DNA of 64,000 nt. Source: Candidatus Poribacteria bacterium. GTDB taxonomy: Bacteria; Poribacteria; WGA-4E; UBA9662. The position numbers and the translations under genes are program-made. The notes under the pieces are model-generated. The model had not been told where the DNA came from, searched no databases, and saw only the letters and a list, made by a program, of their open reading frames with translations. Shown piece by piece: positions 1-11,522 of this stretch (position 1 is the first letter of the stretch; each line of letters starts with the position of its first letter). Location: positions 1-64,000 of the forward strand of contig JAYGDX010000185.1 of the NCBI GenBank assembly GCA_046582655.1. Reading direction: 5' to 3'.

Positions 1-249
1 AGATTCTTTTAACTCTCGCCACATTTTTATAGATTTTTGTGTGAAATTTATTCCATTTCAAGCCTTCAACTTAATGAAAATTAATGCCAAGTTTAAACAT
101 TCATACATGTGAAGTATGGGTGGTTACCTTAACCGTTTAAAATCCTTCTCTGCTATGATAAAATAATTTCATTTATGATTTTGGTCGGATTCGGTGACTT
201 GGTTTTGTAAATTATAAATGCGGCAAAAGAGAGGAGGGTAAATATCAGC

Positions 250-1133
250 ATGTCATGCCCATTGGGGTTAATCACGGGAATACAGGTATTGGTTCAGGCT
301 GTCAGTACTGCTAAAGTTCCGGATGAACGGATGGTTTACAAGATAGTGGGAAAAGTAAAACTCCATCTCGATGTATTCAAACCGAAGGATCACCGGGTGG
401 ACGATAAGCATCCGTGTATTGTGTTTTTTTTGGCGGCGGGTGGACTGGTGGAACGCCAAGCCAATTCCATCCTCACTCTCAATATCTAGCTTCGCGTGGC
501 ATGGTAGCCATCTCCGCCGAGTACCGTGTTAGTTCGCGGCACGGCACGTTACCCTTTGAATGTGTTACTGATGGGAAATCAGCCATCCGATGGATACGGC
601 AACATGCAAAGACGTTGGGTGTAGATCCCGACCGCATTGCAGCTGGCGGTGGTTCCGCTGGCGCTCAGGTGGCAGCGGCAGCAGCTACTGTGATGGCTTT
701 TGACGAACCATCCGAAGATCTGAGAGTCAGTGCTAAACCAAGCGCTTTGGTACTCTTCAATCCTGTTTTTGACAATGGCCCAGGTGGATTTGGACATGAG
801 CATGTCAAGAATCGTTGGCAGGAATTTTCTCCTTTGCACAACATTGCTAAGGGGATCTGTCCGACCATCGTTTTTCTCGGTTCCAAAGATTCGTTGATTC
901 CCGTGTCCACTGCCGAGGAATACAAGAAGCGGATGATCGAAGTTGGCGGTTGTTGCTATCTATGGATTTATGAAGATCAGCCACATGGGTTCTTCAATTA
1001 TCGGGACGGTAATAACCCTTACTATAATGCAACTGTCTTCGAGTCCGACAGGTTTCTAGCTTCCCTAGGCTACTTGGAAGGGACGCCAACGGTGCAGAAC
1101 AAACGGGTTAAAGCCATATCGCCAAAACAATGA
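250..1133 (+). pseudogene. Alpha/beta hydrolase (HSL-like carboxylesterase), split by a frameshift in a T8 run
   Basis: ORF 250-489 gives LHLDVFKP...HPCIVFF. ORF 414-1133 gives FFGGGW, GGSAG nucleophile elbow and QPHGFFN. One extra T in the run at ~424-431 would restore IVFFFGGGW. Confidence 0.8.
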
Positions 1134-1271
1134 ATCTTATTCAGATGTTGAAAAAAATCATCAAGACGCTGGTGATGATGCTTATTGCATAGGCTATGAA
1201 GTTAAATAATTAACTTGGAGCCATTGACAGGTGCTTGTCAGAAGCAGAGGAATAGTGAAGAGGAGTCAGTC

Positions 1272-2354
1272 ATGAATGAATTAAAGTACACTGTGGCCAT
1301 CATCGGTTGTGGTCGTCTCGGGCAACACTACGCCGAGGTATACCAGACTTTGCCCAACACCGAATTGGTTGCTCTAGCGGAATACAACCCGGAGCGGCGG
1401 CAAGCTGTTGGTGAACGCTTCGGCGTCAAAGCGCTCTATCCGGATGCTGAGGCCATGTACCGTGAAATTGTGCCTGACATCGCTGTGGTGGTGCTGCCTG
1501 GCAAGTACATTAAGGAGGCAGTGATCTCCAGTGCGCAGGCAGGTGTCAAAGGAGTATCTACTGATAAACCGATTGGAGCGTGTTTGGCAGACGTCGACCA
1601 AATGGTTGATGTCTGTGCAGAGCGCGGTGTTGTCTTTGCCGGGGGCAATCTTCATCGGGCACTTTCCGAAGTTCAAGAAGTCGCTAGCTGGCTTCTTGCC
1701 GGCGACTACGGGGAACTCCGCGGTTCTAGCGTGCATCGGTGGGGGGGTGAGATCTCTGGTGGTGGTTGCCAGCATATAGCTGTGTTGCGGTTGCTTACTC
1801 AAGCTGAAGTTACTGAAGTTATCACTTGGGGGATACCCGAAGAGGCACTCAAGAGTGATAATGACGACGGCCTTGTCATCAATGGGCATTTCCGTCTAAG
1901 CAATGGTCTTGTCTGCCCAGTCTTCGGTGGGGAAACCCCTTATCGTGGCGTGGATGTATGGACTGATGAAGCGCTAATCCGTTGGGATTGGGGACCTCCT
2001 GAAATTTACCACGGTTTCGATTCCAGTGGAGCTCGCCTAAAGGTAAATCGGCCCTACAAGCCATTACAATATCCCCGCTTTTCTTACATGGCTACCTCGA
2101 TTATGTCCTTCCTTGAGGTAGTGGAGAATGGTGGTGAGTTGGCCGTGTCTGGACACGACCTGCGGCAGTCGCTCGAGGTAGCAATTGCTGCAAAGTACTC
2201 GGCTCTATGGGGTAATGTGCCGCTGAAACTCCCGCTTGAGGATCGCGCGCTGATGCTTTATCCGCGGGCATACCGGTGGCTTGGTGGTGATCAGTCTGGA
2301 CGAATGCAATCTAGCCAGGAAGCGCTTGAGGGACCACTATTTTCCAAATGCTAA
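1272..2354 (+). CDS. Gfo/Idh/MocA family oxidoreductase
   Basis: IIGCGRLG Rossmann motif and DKP variant of EKP; ATG at 1272 follows a GAGGAG RBS. Confidence 0.85.
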   Translation: MNELKYTVAIIGCGRLGQHYAEVYQTLPNTELVALAEYNPERRQAVGERFGVKALYPDAEAMYREIVPDIAVVVLPGKYIKEAVISSAQAGVKGVSTDKPIGACLADVDQMVDVCAERGVVFAGGNLHRALSEVQEVASWLLAGDYGELRGSSVHRWGGEISGGGCQHIAVLRLLTQAEVTEVITWGIPEEALKSDNDDGLVINGHFRLSNGLVCPVFGGETPYRGVDVWTDEALIRWDWGPPEIYHGFDSSGARLKVNRPYKPLQYPRFSYMATSIMSFLEVVENGGELAVSGHDLRQSLEVAIAAKYSALWGNVPLKLPLEDRALMLYPRAYRWLGGDQSGRMQSSQEALEGPLFSKC

Positions 2355-2433
2355 AGAGTTGGTGTTAAAACTAACAAATTGAAGTCCAACAGTTAGAAAC
2401 GCTCAACCATTGGTCAAAGAGGATGGCAATACG

Positions 2434-4209
2434 ATGGAAAAAACTGTGACGAACACCGAGACCTTGCTACTTGTAGATGATGGTGTGCCACAGGCGACTA
2501 TTCTGATAGCACAGAACCCAACTTCCGTTACCCATCTCGCTGCTAAGGAACTACAATACTGCATTTGGCAGATTACAGGTGTGACGCTACCCATTTCTAA
2601 CCAACTGACAGAGACAACAGGTATTCCAATATACCTTGGTGACTTGGCAAGAACGGTCTTAGGGGTTGAAAAGACATCTCAACGGAACATTGGCGAAATT
2701 GAATCTCTCGTATATGATATTTACTTTCTGCCAGGGGCTATTATCCTATATGGTCAGGATACCAAAGTTTCTACTGGTGTTGAGATTGACTATTCGATTG
2801 CTACTGACCAGCAACAACTAGATTCTGATAAGTTGCAGATTCCTGGGATGTTTGATCAACAAGGGACCTTGTGGGCTGTCTACGACTTTCTGGAACGGTT
2901 TTGTGGGGTTCGGTTCTATGGACCCAAGGCCATATCTGTGGTTTTTTCACGTTGTCCCACCCTAGAAATTATTCCCGAGAATATTCAGCGTAGGCCTGCA
3001 ATTCCTCATATCTCTGGTAGCTTGACATGGGATTGGCCACTGATGAAAGGTCAATTTGGAAGTCCCTCAAATGATGCTATCCGGCTTTACGAACGTCGGA
3101 TGCGACTGGGCGGTATTCCTTGGCAAACCAATCACACGTTACACAGCTATCCAGAACGATTCCCCAAGAGTCGGTACCCGCAGTTCTATGGTGGAGAAGG
3201 GTTTGAAAAGCTCTGTTATTCCTCTGATGCACTAGCCAGACAGGTTGCTCAGGATGCTCAAGATTACTTTGAGGGGGCTGAAGCTTTGGGGCTAGGTCTA
3301 CCTCAAAGTAGTAGCTATTACCCAGTTGTTCCTGAGGACGCTGCGCAGTATTGTCAGTGTATCCGATGCCTGCAATCTCTTGAACCCCATCAAAACGATG
3401 TGTCTCGTAGCAAGAACGGCGTTAATTTATTTAATGATGGAAGAGCTTCTCACTTGTGGTTCAAATTTGTCAATAAGGTAGCCAAACTGTTGGCCAAAAC
3501 TCATCCTGATAAATTTATTAGTACGCTAGCCTACGAAAATTATTTTTGGTATCCAGAAGGCATCCAACTGGAAGCTAACATCGCTATCGCGCCATGTCTA
3601 GCCGTACGCAATCATTGGCATTTGGATTATCGTCAAAACGAGTTGGAACAATATGCTTTATGGGCAGCTGAATCACGACCTCTGTTCCTCTGGAACTACT
3701 ATTGTTTCCCAGAAGAGGCAGCAGTAATACAGCAATGGCAATGTTTCCCTGGATTCATGGCCCACTATTTGGAACAGATCATCAAAGGTTATGCTAGAGA
3801 TGATGTCAAAGGAGTCTTTTTGTGTGGGATTGGTGAGCAAGTGGATTTCTACATCACGATAAAGCTTTACAATGATCCGTTACAAAGTGTTGATGATTTA
3901 TTGGATGAGTTCTTCAGTTTGTACTTTGGACCAGCATCAGAACCCATGCAAACCTTTTATACTTTGATAGAGCAAATCTATTCTACTCCACAGAATTGGG
4001 ATCAGGATGGTGGATTTCATCAGACTGAGGTGATGGCCTGGGGGAGGCTTGGTACTCAAGAGCGAATGAAACAGTTGGAACAGTTAATCAAAAAGGCAGA
4101 AAAGTTAGCCATTGAACAGAAATTCAGCGAACGAGTACGATATTGGAAGGAAGGCATCTGGAATTATATGCGAGAAGGGCGAAGAAATTACCTCTGTGGA
4201 GAGTCCTAG
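2434..4209 (+). CDS. DUF4838-like protein (glycoside-hydrolase-like N-terminal domain)
   Basis: AAKELQYCIWQITG, GTLWAVYDFLERFCGVRFY, CQCIRC, FVNKVA..LAKTHPDKFISTLAY and YFGPASEPM are typical of this family. Confidence 0.65.
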   Translation: MEKTVTNTETLLLVDDGVPQATILIAQNPTSVTHLAAKELQYCIWQITGVTLPISNQLTETTGIPIYLGDLARTVLGVEKTSQRNIGEIESLVYDIYFLPGAIILYGQDTKVSTGVEIDYSIATDQQQLDSDKLQIPGMFDQQGTLWAVYDFLERFCGVRFYGPKAISVVFSRCPTLEIIPENIQRRPAIPHISGSLTWDWPLMKGQFGSPSNDAIRLYERRMRLGGIPWQTNHTLHSYPERFPKSRYPQFYGGEGFEKLCYSSDALARQVAQDAQDYFEGAEALGLGLPQSSSYYPVVPEDAAQYCQCIRCLQSLEPHQNDVSRSKNGVNLFNDGRASHLWFKFVNKVAKLLAKTHPDKFISTLAYENYFWYPEGIQLEANIAIAPCLAVRNHWHLDYRQNELEQYALWAAESRPLFLWNYYCFPEEAAVIQQWQCFPGFMAHYLEQIIKGYARDDVKGVFLCGIGEQVDFYITIKLYNDPLQSVDDLLDEFFSLYFGPASEPMQTFYTLIEQIYSTPQNWDQDGGFHQTEVMAWGRLGTQERMKQLEQLIKKAEKLAIEQKFSERVRYWKEGIWNYMREGRRNYLCGES

Positions 4210-4387
4210 CAGGGATAGATATGCCATTTGGAATGCCTGAATTCACATGTATGCTGCTTTGATTGTCCACCTAGACCATCGGAAACTCAAGCATACCTAA
4301 TAATGGGCGCATTGTGGGCAGAAATCCTCTCATGTACAGTTTGGTAAAAGTCTTGAATACATGTACAAAAGATAGAAAGTGACATAC

Positions 4388-5868
4388 ATGAAATCAGGAA
4401 GCGTTTTCGTTGTTAACGGTATAAGACTACTGGTTCTAACTTGTCTTGTTCTATACTCATGCGTTGTTGAACAGGTGTTACCCGCAGATTTATTTGGTTC
4501 TGAAACCAAGAATATGATGAAGGTTCATTCCGTCACCGACATATCCCACACCTTCTCCTTTTATTTCGATGGATGGTTCGCGAGGAATTACATCCAACCC
4601 ATCGGCGGCGCGGATGCTCGCAACTGGGCGACGCTCCACAAGTGTGACTTGAGCAATGTAAATCTACTCGTTTTACAGTCGGGTGCGTCCCCCTGTCTGT
4701 ATCTAACCGAAGATGTCCAAGCAGTGTGGAACTTTCTCGAAGGCGGAGGAGGCGTTGTCGTGCTGGGAGAACATGTGCTCTTTCGCAGGGAGAAAACCTA
4801 TCGACTTAACGAACTTGTCAGTGCGTTCGGTGCGAAATTCATCGATCAACCTGCAAGCGAGCCGCTCAAACCATCCTCTGAACTGGAAGTAAGGGATCTA
4901 AAAACTTACGGCGGCAAGACCATCGAGCTCGAGGACCAGTCGCTTTGGCAGATTCTCATTCGTGATGCAAAAGCGCGGATCGTTATGGCTCTTCGGCCTA
5001 TAGGAAAGGGTAAGCTCCTGGTGGTTTCCGCGCTCTGTCGGGACGACAACCCAATGCGGAAGATCCCATTAACGCGGCCATGTGGCAATCGATACTCGCA
5101 GACCTTATGTGCGGAAAGCAGATCGATCCCACAAAGCCACCCAAAAGCGTGATGCCAGAAAATATCACCGACAAGACTGGGCTCCAGATACAGCATTCGG
5201 ACTATCTTCAGCCGTTGGCGGAAACAATCTTCGCTATTTACGAAGGGTGTCGCCCACTTCTGGAAGAGATACTTGGTGTTCCTCCGACGCAGGGTATGCT
5301 CAAGAAGCTGATCCTCCTACCAACCGGCGGAGGAGGGTTCTCTAGCGGCGTGGCCATCGGTCTGGGGGTCTGGTGGGGCAACTTCCCCGAAGAGCGATAT
5401 GGCATGGTGGAACTGCTGGGTCACGAAGCCACGCACTCGTGGGTTCTTCCCTTCGCCGAACCTATGTGGAACGAAGGCATTGCCACCTATGTGGGCATCC
5501 TACTCGGCCGTGAGTTCGGGCTGAACAAAGAAGCCAATGCCACACTCAAGCGATGGATCGATGGCGCCAAGCGTCACGACTCGGAGATGACGAAATTCGA
5601 CCTCGCATCGGGAACGGACATCCCACACGTAGTCCGCATGGCCAAACCCATGTGGATTTTCGAACAATTGCGAACAGAGGAGCCAAGAATCATCAGCAAA
5701 TACTTTCAGGCTAAAAGAAGACTTATTGATCCTAAGAAACAGAAGCGTTACACCGCCAATGATTCCGTAGCCGTTCTAAGCACTGCCACCGGACGTAATC
5801 TCTTCGATTGGTTCCGTTCACTTGGCATCGATGTCAAAGCCTCCCGGACAAAGGTTCCGCATCCCTAA
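4388..5868 (+). pseudogene. Exported hypothetical protein with C-terminal HExxH gluzincin-like peptidase motif, frameshifted at ~5028
   Basis: Overlapping ORFs 4379-5152 and 5080-5868 join as VSRALSGRQPNAEDPINAAMWQ if one base is added at ~5028; GHEATHSW...WNEGIATY motif; hydrophobic N-terminus. Confidence 0.6.
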
Positions 5869-6114
5869 TAGATTGGTGGTAGACAAAGCGTTTGAGTTTG
5901 CTTGTAACCAAACAGTAGAACTAAAGTGATTTCTAATTTTTCTCAACCTAATACAAAGCTAATCCCAGTTGTCCTTGGCGCCGTCTGCCAAGACGAGTTC
6001 CCCTTTTTGAGTGGTGAATTGGTTTGTTGAGGTTTCTGACCGCAGAAGTACGTGGACGATTCGACCAGCCAGCAGGAGGTTGGGTTGGAGATCTCATTTT
6101 GAATATTTCCCCGT

Positions 6115-6910
6115 TTAGTTATCTGCCAGCAGTTGCCGCAGATAGTTCGCGGCAAGGCGTACCTGCTCGATTCGGTCTTCCCTTTGACCTTCGTACACGA
6201 TGGATATACATCCATTGTAGTTTACACTCTTCAAGATGCCCGCGATTCGCTCATAGTCTAGCCATTCCTCTCTACCACTTTCAATCTTGTAGAATTTTGT
6301 GCGGACATACATGGCATACGGTGCAGTCTGCTCCATGAAATGGTAAAAGTCGATGTCTGGGTCTGTTTCACCTCTTGGTGACGAGCCTGGTGACCCAATC
6401 CACTGGCCAGTATCCATAATGAAGGTAAAGTTTTTCCGATCGGTTTCGCGCCGGATGGATAGCATCTCATCACCTGTGGATGGGTGATTCTGTAGTCCCA
6501 CAGCGATGCCTTTGGTGGCGGCGTAATCGGCTACTTCCCGATAACCGCTAATCATCGCCGGCCACGCGTCCTCGCCATCCGCGTTCTTTTCTGGTACCGT
6601 TGCGCAGAACACTCGGATAATTGGTGCCCCTAGGGAGGCCGCAAGATCAATCGCATCCTTGCATCGTTGTGTATGTTCCTGCCGTTGGGTCTCCGTCCCG
6701 GTAAACAGACCGCTCACACCAATGTAGCCGATCAGGCAGTCCGTATCTCAGGCATAGCAGCTTAACATTTCTCAGGTACTCTGGGTCTGTCGAGGTGAAT
6801 GCTCGCTGATGGAAGTCAACGATATCCAGCCTCAAATCGTAAGCCGTCTGGATGAATGCCTCAACACTTGTATTCTGTAGACTTAGATAATTTGAACCAA
6901 TTTTGATCAT
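6115..6910 (-). pseudogene. Sugar phosphate isomerase/epimerase (xylose-isomerase-like TIM barrel), frameshifted at ~6733
   Basis: AIDLAASLGAPIIRVF, LQNH, DTGQW and YNGCISIVYEG; removing one base gives GLPIGYIGVSGLF across the two ORFs. Confidence 0.8.
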
Positions 6911-7130
6911 GATGCCTATCTCCTTTCTTTCGGTTGACCTTAAAAAGGTGCTTATCCCCCAACTTTACCAGACATACTACCTGGCTGTCCAGTGGTCAGC
7001 TGGGGCACCATGCTTGAGTAGCTACTAAATCGTGTTCTTGAAGGATACAGTTTCTCTTCTACGAATCTGTCCATCAGAGGTCCTTGTCGTGCAGAATCTC
7101 AAGTTCGGGCATGATTTGCTTTCCATTTAT

Positions 7131-7760
7131 CTTATAAATGTTGCCGATGAATCTGGTAGGAGAGCAGGATCAATGGTCTTATAGTTAAACGGTTCCTCGC
7201 CAGGAAATCGCTTTTTTCGCAACTCGATGGCTTCCAGTATCAGATTTTGCGATCAGACATATACCTTACGATTGGCTTCATCCGGTGCTTTCAGCAGCGT
7301 ATCCTCGGAATTATCCCAATGGAAATAGAGGATTCGCCGATAATCAGGACTTCTGGACCAAAAAGACCCGTGAACGATAGAGTTACTATGAAAGACAACA
7401 TCCCCAGGTTTCGTTATGGCAGGGACGGCTTCAGGGGCTTCTTTTTCTTTTCCTTGGGTTATGCTTTGGAGAAAATCTTTCGTTCCGTGATACCCACCCA
7501 GATGGCTACCAGGAATTACCTAGAGACAACCGTTTTCTTTGGTACTCTCATTCAGAGAGATGCCGGTATTAAAAACAGGCCAGCAGTGAACCACAATTCC
7601 ATCCTGATGCCAGGGCATTGGACAGCCGTGATGAAGGAAGTTTAAAGACGGTTGAGTGTACGCTGGAAACGAAGTGATCCATTCCCATGGTTTGACGCAC
7701 AATTGTCAAGAGTGGTGGATAGGCAAGCAGAAGCTTAACGGATTCAAGGTTATGTTGTCC
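7131..7760 (-). pseudogene. Degraded PhyH-family Fe(II)/2-oxoglutarate dioxygenase
   Basis: Fragments read STVFKLP / MPWHQD...ENGCL*VIPGSH...KPGDVVFHSNSIVHGS...RRILYFHW, with a TAG at 7520-7522 and frameshifts near 7640 and 7255; the 5' end is missing. Confidence 0.8.
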
Positions 7761-8745
7761 CAAGAGATAGTTGATACGGAAAAGGTGTTTTTGATGGTTA
7801 TGTTTTTAACCCTAATTTTGTTTAGCTTTTTACATTTTATTGTTTCTCTTACCAATAAATAAGTATCTTCAGATATTAAGATCTGATTAGGCTCTGCATT
7901 AGTTTCCAGTCTTGACGCCAGATTAACCCCATTCCCTATGGTTGTATAGTCAAGCCGATCGTGAGAACCAAAGTTTCCACCGTACATGTATCTGTATGAA
8001 TGCCAATTCGAATGTCCAATGGTTGAGAGATCCCATATTTTCCCAAGACAACCTAACCGATCGCCAGGCTTTTTTCATGGCTATTGCCATTTGAATACAA
8101 ACGATAGCATCATCTTTGTGTCCAAGTGATTTTGAGTCTCCAAAAAAGACCATAATTGCATCACCAATATACTTATCAACTGTTCCGCCATGAGCTTGGC
8201 AATATTGGTCATCTCCGTTAAATAGCAGGTCACCAGTTCAGTCAAGATTTCTGGTTCAAGCCTCTCTGTTAATTCACTGAACCCTTTGATGTCTGAAAAG
8301 AATACAGTTAGTCTTTTTCGTCTAGCTTCAATTTTCACCTCTAGATCCCCAGAAAAAATAGACTCATACACCTGAGGTGAAAAGTATTTTGATAATTTCA
8401 GCGAGATCAGTCTATTATCCTCGGCCGCAGTGACATCGGTACCATAAATGTTGATGAAATCAAATTCAGGTACGGCTACCACATGAAAAGCATAAGTTTT
8501 ATTACCCACCTCCATTTCCAAAGGCAAACTTGAGGCAAGCTTTGACTGATCAACTGCAGACGGTGGAACATCATCACCAATCTCAATTTTCCATTCCTCT
8601 TTGATATACTGACCTGCACTTTGGTGTATAGCAATTTGCCACCCATGGTGATCTTTAATACTGGATTGGGATTCTGATCTAGAAATTTAAGCTGAGCCTG
8701 AATTTGATTTTTGAGTTCATTTATTGATTATGGTTCATGCTTCAT
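7760..8745 (-). pseudogene. PAS-like domain + class III adenylate/guanylate cyclase, multiply disrupted
   Basis: QNPNPVLKI...IYGTDVT (PAS-like), LTVFFSDIKGFS, GNFGSHDRLDYTTIGNGVNLASRLE spread over several frames, plus an early TAA. Confidence 0.85.
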
Positions 8746-8843
8746 ATAACATCCTCTCAATAAATCCTTCTTGGTTTTATTTATTGTTGAAAATTGTGTA
8801 AAATGCATACAATAATTATAATCAAAGATTGAAATAGAAAAAA

Positions 8844-9083
8844 GTGGATTTGATTAAATACTTCACCCCGGCAACTTCCCCGAGTATTATCAGACGAGCA
8901 ATTAAGTATTCAATTGTAGTCGGCACGATTTTAATTTTCATTAATCATGGTGACTCGCTGTTGAAAGGCGATATAGATAAATTAAAAGTAATTAAGATCA
9001 TCTTAACTTATTCCGTGCCATATATCGTCTCTACACTTTCAAGTGTCCAAGCTACAATATTTAGTGAATCAAAAACAGAATAG
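8844..9083 (+). CDS. Small membrane protein resembling the NrtS nitrate/nitrite transporter family
   Basis: 79 aa, two hydrophobic helices, VVGTILIFINHG...LTYSVPYIVST pattern. Confidence 0.6.
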   Translation: MDLIKYFTPATSPSIIRRAIKYSIVVGTILIFINHGDSLLKGDIDKLKVIKIILTYSVPYIVSTLSSVQATIFSESKTE

Positions 9084-9157
9084 AACAATATATCAATCGG
9101 GTAATTACTGATACCCATGCAATACCCAACGCTTTGTATGTACCGCCGTCGGAATAT

Positions 9158-9420
9158 TATTGACGGGATTGATATTCCTAAACTGCTTTCAGTGCTTCTG
9201 GTGTACCTAATCTTCTTTAATGCCTTAGTTGCTCCATCATGAACAAACCAATTCTGATCCTGTAATGCTTGGATTAGGAGCAGGCACAGCATCTACTGAT
9301 CCTATAGGACCTAATGCAGATACCGCATTATAATGGAAAAGTCTACCACGAATCCATGGATCCTGATCCTTCAATGCTTGGATCAGAGCAGGTACCGCAT
9401 CCACTGCTCCTTCTCCTATA
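9158..9420 (-). pseudogene. HEAT/PBS-lyase repeat protein remnant
   Basis: IGEGAVDAVPALIQALKDQDPWIR and LIQALQDQNWFVHDGATKALKKI in different frames; no credible start. Confidence 0.75.
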
Positions 9421-9770
9421 GAATAATGCCCTTGCCACACCTAGGTTGTAGTAAGCTTCAGGGCTTGATTGGCTTCTTAATTAAGGAGGTCTGCAAGTTT
9501 AACAATGATACTTTCTGGCAATGTGGACAACGTTAGGTTCTGACCTCGTCAACATCAGCCCAGATTCATTTGAATCCATATTGTTGACCTGTGTATAATA
9601 TCTGTAATTATATACTGTCAGTGTTTGAAAAATAAACCAATAATATACTTTGTTCTGAAGTTAGAGTGCCTTCGGGTAAACAGATCGAATATTTTTGTCG
9701 AGAAGGTTATTTTCTTGTCCACGAAATCTTTTGCATTAACAATTAACCTCTTAATGTTGAGGAGAACATT

Positions 9771-10718
9771 ATGCTTTTAACCCAAAATCAACTTGACGCG
9801 TTTCATCGCGATGGTTTTATCATGGTCGAAGATTTGTTCGAACCTGAAGAAATGGCAGTAGCCTTAAATGACATGGAAAAGATATTTTATGGGAAATCTT
9901 ACGCGGGATATTTGATGGAATTAGACAAAACAGGAAAAGTCGACTCTGTTGAACCAACTGTCACCAACGCTGTAGCACACTATGGCGACACGGAACATGG
10001 ACGCGCACAGTTTCCAACAGGATTTGATTCCTTGGATCGGTTAATTGAAAACGAAGCATATCTTGATGTTTTCGCCCAATGTCTTGGAACAGATGATGTC
10101 AGTTATTGTAATGCCCACTTATTTATGCGATCGGGACCGACCGACCAGCGGCACTCTGAACATCCTTGGCAAGGTTATCATGCTGATCATGGTACCAACA
10201 CCTTTTTACCTACAAGTCATGCCATAGGTTCATTTGATTACGTAAACAGCGGTGTTTATCTGCATGATGTGGATGATGACTGTGCACCCATGCATGTCAT
10301 CCCTGGGTCGCATCGACAGGCAGCAGACGTCCTCTTACGGTTAGGCGGGGGGATCGGTGATATTCGGGAAGTTCCAGAATTTGCCGAGCCGGTACCAACA
10401 TCCGCTAAGGTTGGTAGTGCCCTATTTTATTCCTCGTATCTAGTACATGCCGCCATTCCCTTTAAAAATAAACGTAAACAGCGTGCATTTTGGACGCTAT
10501 CTATGGCACGAGGCGACACAAGTCGCTGGACCAAACTGGCCAACCCTTGGAGTGGCCCAGAACAGCAGTTTTTCCAGCCTTTTTGGGAAAAGACGACTCC
10601 ACGTGTGCGTTCGCTCTTCGGTTGGCCGGAGTTGGGACATGCTTACTACACAGAAACGACGTTAAAGGGCATAGCGATGCGGTTCCCCAATATGGATCTG
10701 GCACCTTATCAAGTGTAG
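9771..10718 (+). CDS. Phytanoyl-CoA dioxygenase (PhyH) family Fe(II)/2OG enzyme
   Basis: LTQNQLDAFHRDGF start, HAD (HxD), VIPGSH and distal LVHAA; GAGGAG RBS. Confidence 0.9.
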   Translation: MLLTQNQLDAFHRDGFIMVEDLFEPEEMAVALNDMEKIFYGKSYAGYLMELDKTGKVDSVEPTVTNAVAHYGDTEHGRAQFPTGFDSLDRLIENEAYLDVFAQCLGTDDVSYCNAHLFMRSGPTDQRHSEHPWQGYHADHGTNTFLPTSHAIGSFDYVNSGVYLHDVDDDCAPMHVIPGSHRQAADVLLRLGGGIGDIREVPEFAEPVPTSAKVGSALFYSSYLVHAAIPFKNKRKQRAFWTLSMARGDTSRWTKLANPWSGPEQQFFQPFWEKTTPRVRSLFGWPELGHAYYTETTLKGIAMRFPNMDLAPYQV

Positions 10719-11083
10719 ATGGATACTTAAGCTTCTAATTTATTCTCCAAATATTGACATCTATATATTTATGCTCTTGATTCTTGGTTGACGACATCTC
10801 TGACCAGATGAGGGAAAAGCTGTTTATGGATTTGGTTGATGGAGGTGAATCATTCGATTTTCATCAGCTGTGTCTTCCAACCATTTCTTGACGAAATTGC
10901 AAACGTAAGTTAGCCTTACATTTGAAACAAGATACAAAACAATCAGAATAATGATTAATTGGTTGCTTGTCAGTTTCAACTTTCACGTCAGCAATTGACG
11001 CAAATTATCTATGGTCGAAAAAATATTTGGTCAAACCTATGGAATCTGTTGCCTTACAGGCCAACAATAAGGAAAGGAAAATT

Positions 11084-11422
11084 ATGTTTTCGATTTTCGT
11101 TACTCTCAACGTTAAATCAGAGTATCTTGAGGAATTCACCAATGCAAGTTTCGGAGACGCCCAAGGTTCAGTACGCGATGAATCTGGATGTTTTCGATTT
11201 GACATCAACCAAGATGTAGAAATACCTACACGCTTCTATCTCTATGAAGTATACCGCGATGAAAATGCTTTTCAAGCTCATCTAGAAACCCCACACTTTA
11301 AAGAATGGATTTCAATTGTCAAACCGATGTTTGATGGCGAAACCGAAAAGGTTACGATGAAAACCGTCTTTCCATCTGATGATGGTTGGGAAGCACAGAA
11401 ACCAAGTTTATTAAATTGGTAA
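11084..11422 (+). CDS. Antibiotic biosynthesis monooxygenase (ABM/LsrG-like) domain protein
   Basis: ESGCFRFDI...FYLYEVYRDENAFQAHLETPHF; ATG at 11084 after AGGAAAGGA. Confidence 0.85.
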   Translation: MFSIFVTLNVKSEYLEEFTNASFGDAQGSVRDESGCFRFDINQDVEIPTRFYLYEVYRDENAFQAHLETPHFKEWISIVKPMFDGETEKVTMKTVFPSDDGWEAQKPSLLNW

Positions 11423-11473
11423 CCGTGCAGAAAACTCCCATTGTAGGATGGCATTCCAAAGCTAACAGAACGA

Positions 11474-11514
11474 GGCACTGTTTAGGAGCCTTGGAATGTC
11501 ACCTAAACAGTGCC
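11474..11514. terminator. 13-bp perfect inverted repeat between convergent genes
   Basis: GGCACTGTTTAGG (11474-11486) / CCTAAACAGTGCC (11502-11514). Confidence 0.55.
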
Positions 11515-11522
11515 AATGACAA

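Noticed and set aside
424..431. Phase variation at the T8 tract of the hydrolase
   Set aside because: The run simply encodes the FFF motif and is short; a decay slip or sequencing error is simpler, and cannot be separated without reads.
7520..7522. Pyrrolysine or amber readthrough in the PhyH fragment
   Set aside because: The same gene has frameshifts and no 5' end, so this is a nonsense mutation in a pseudogene.
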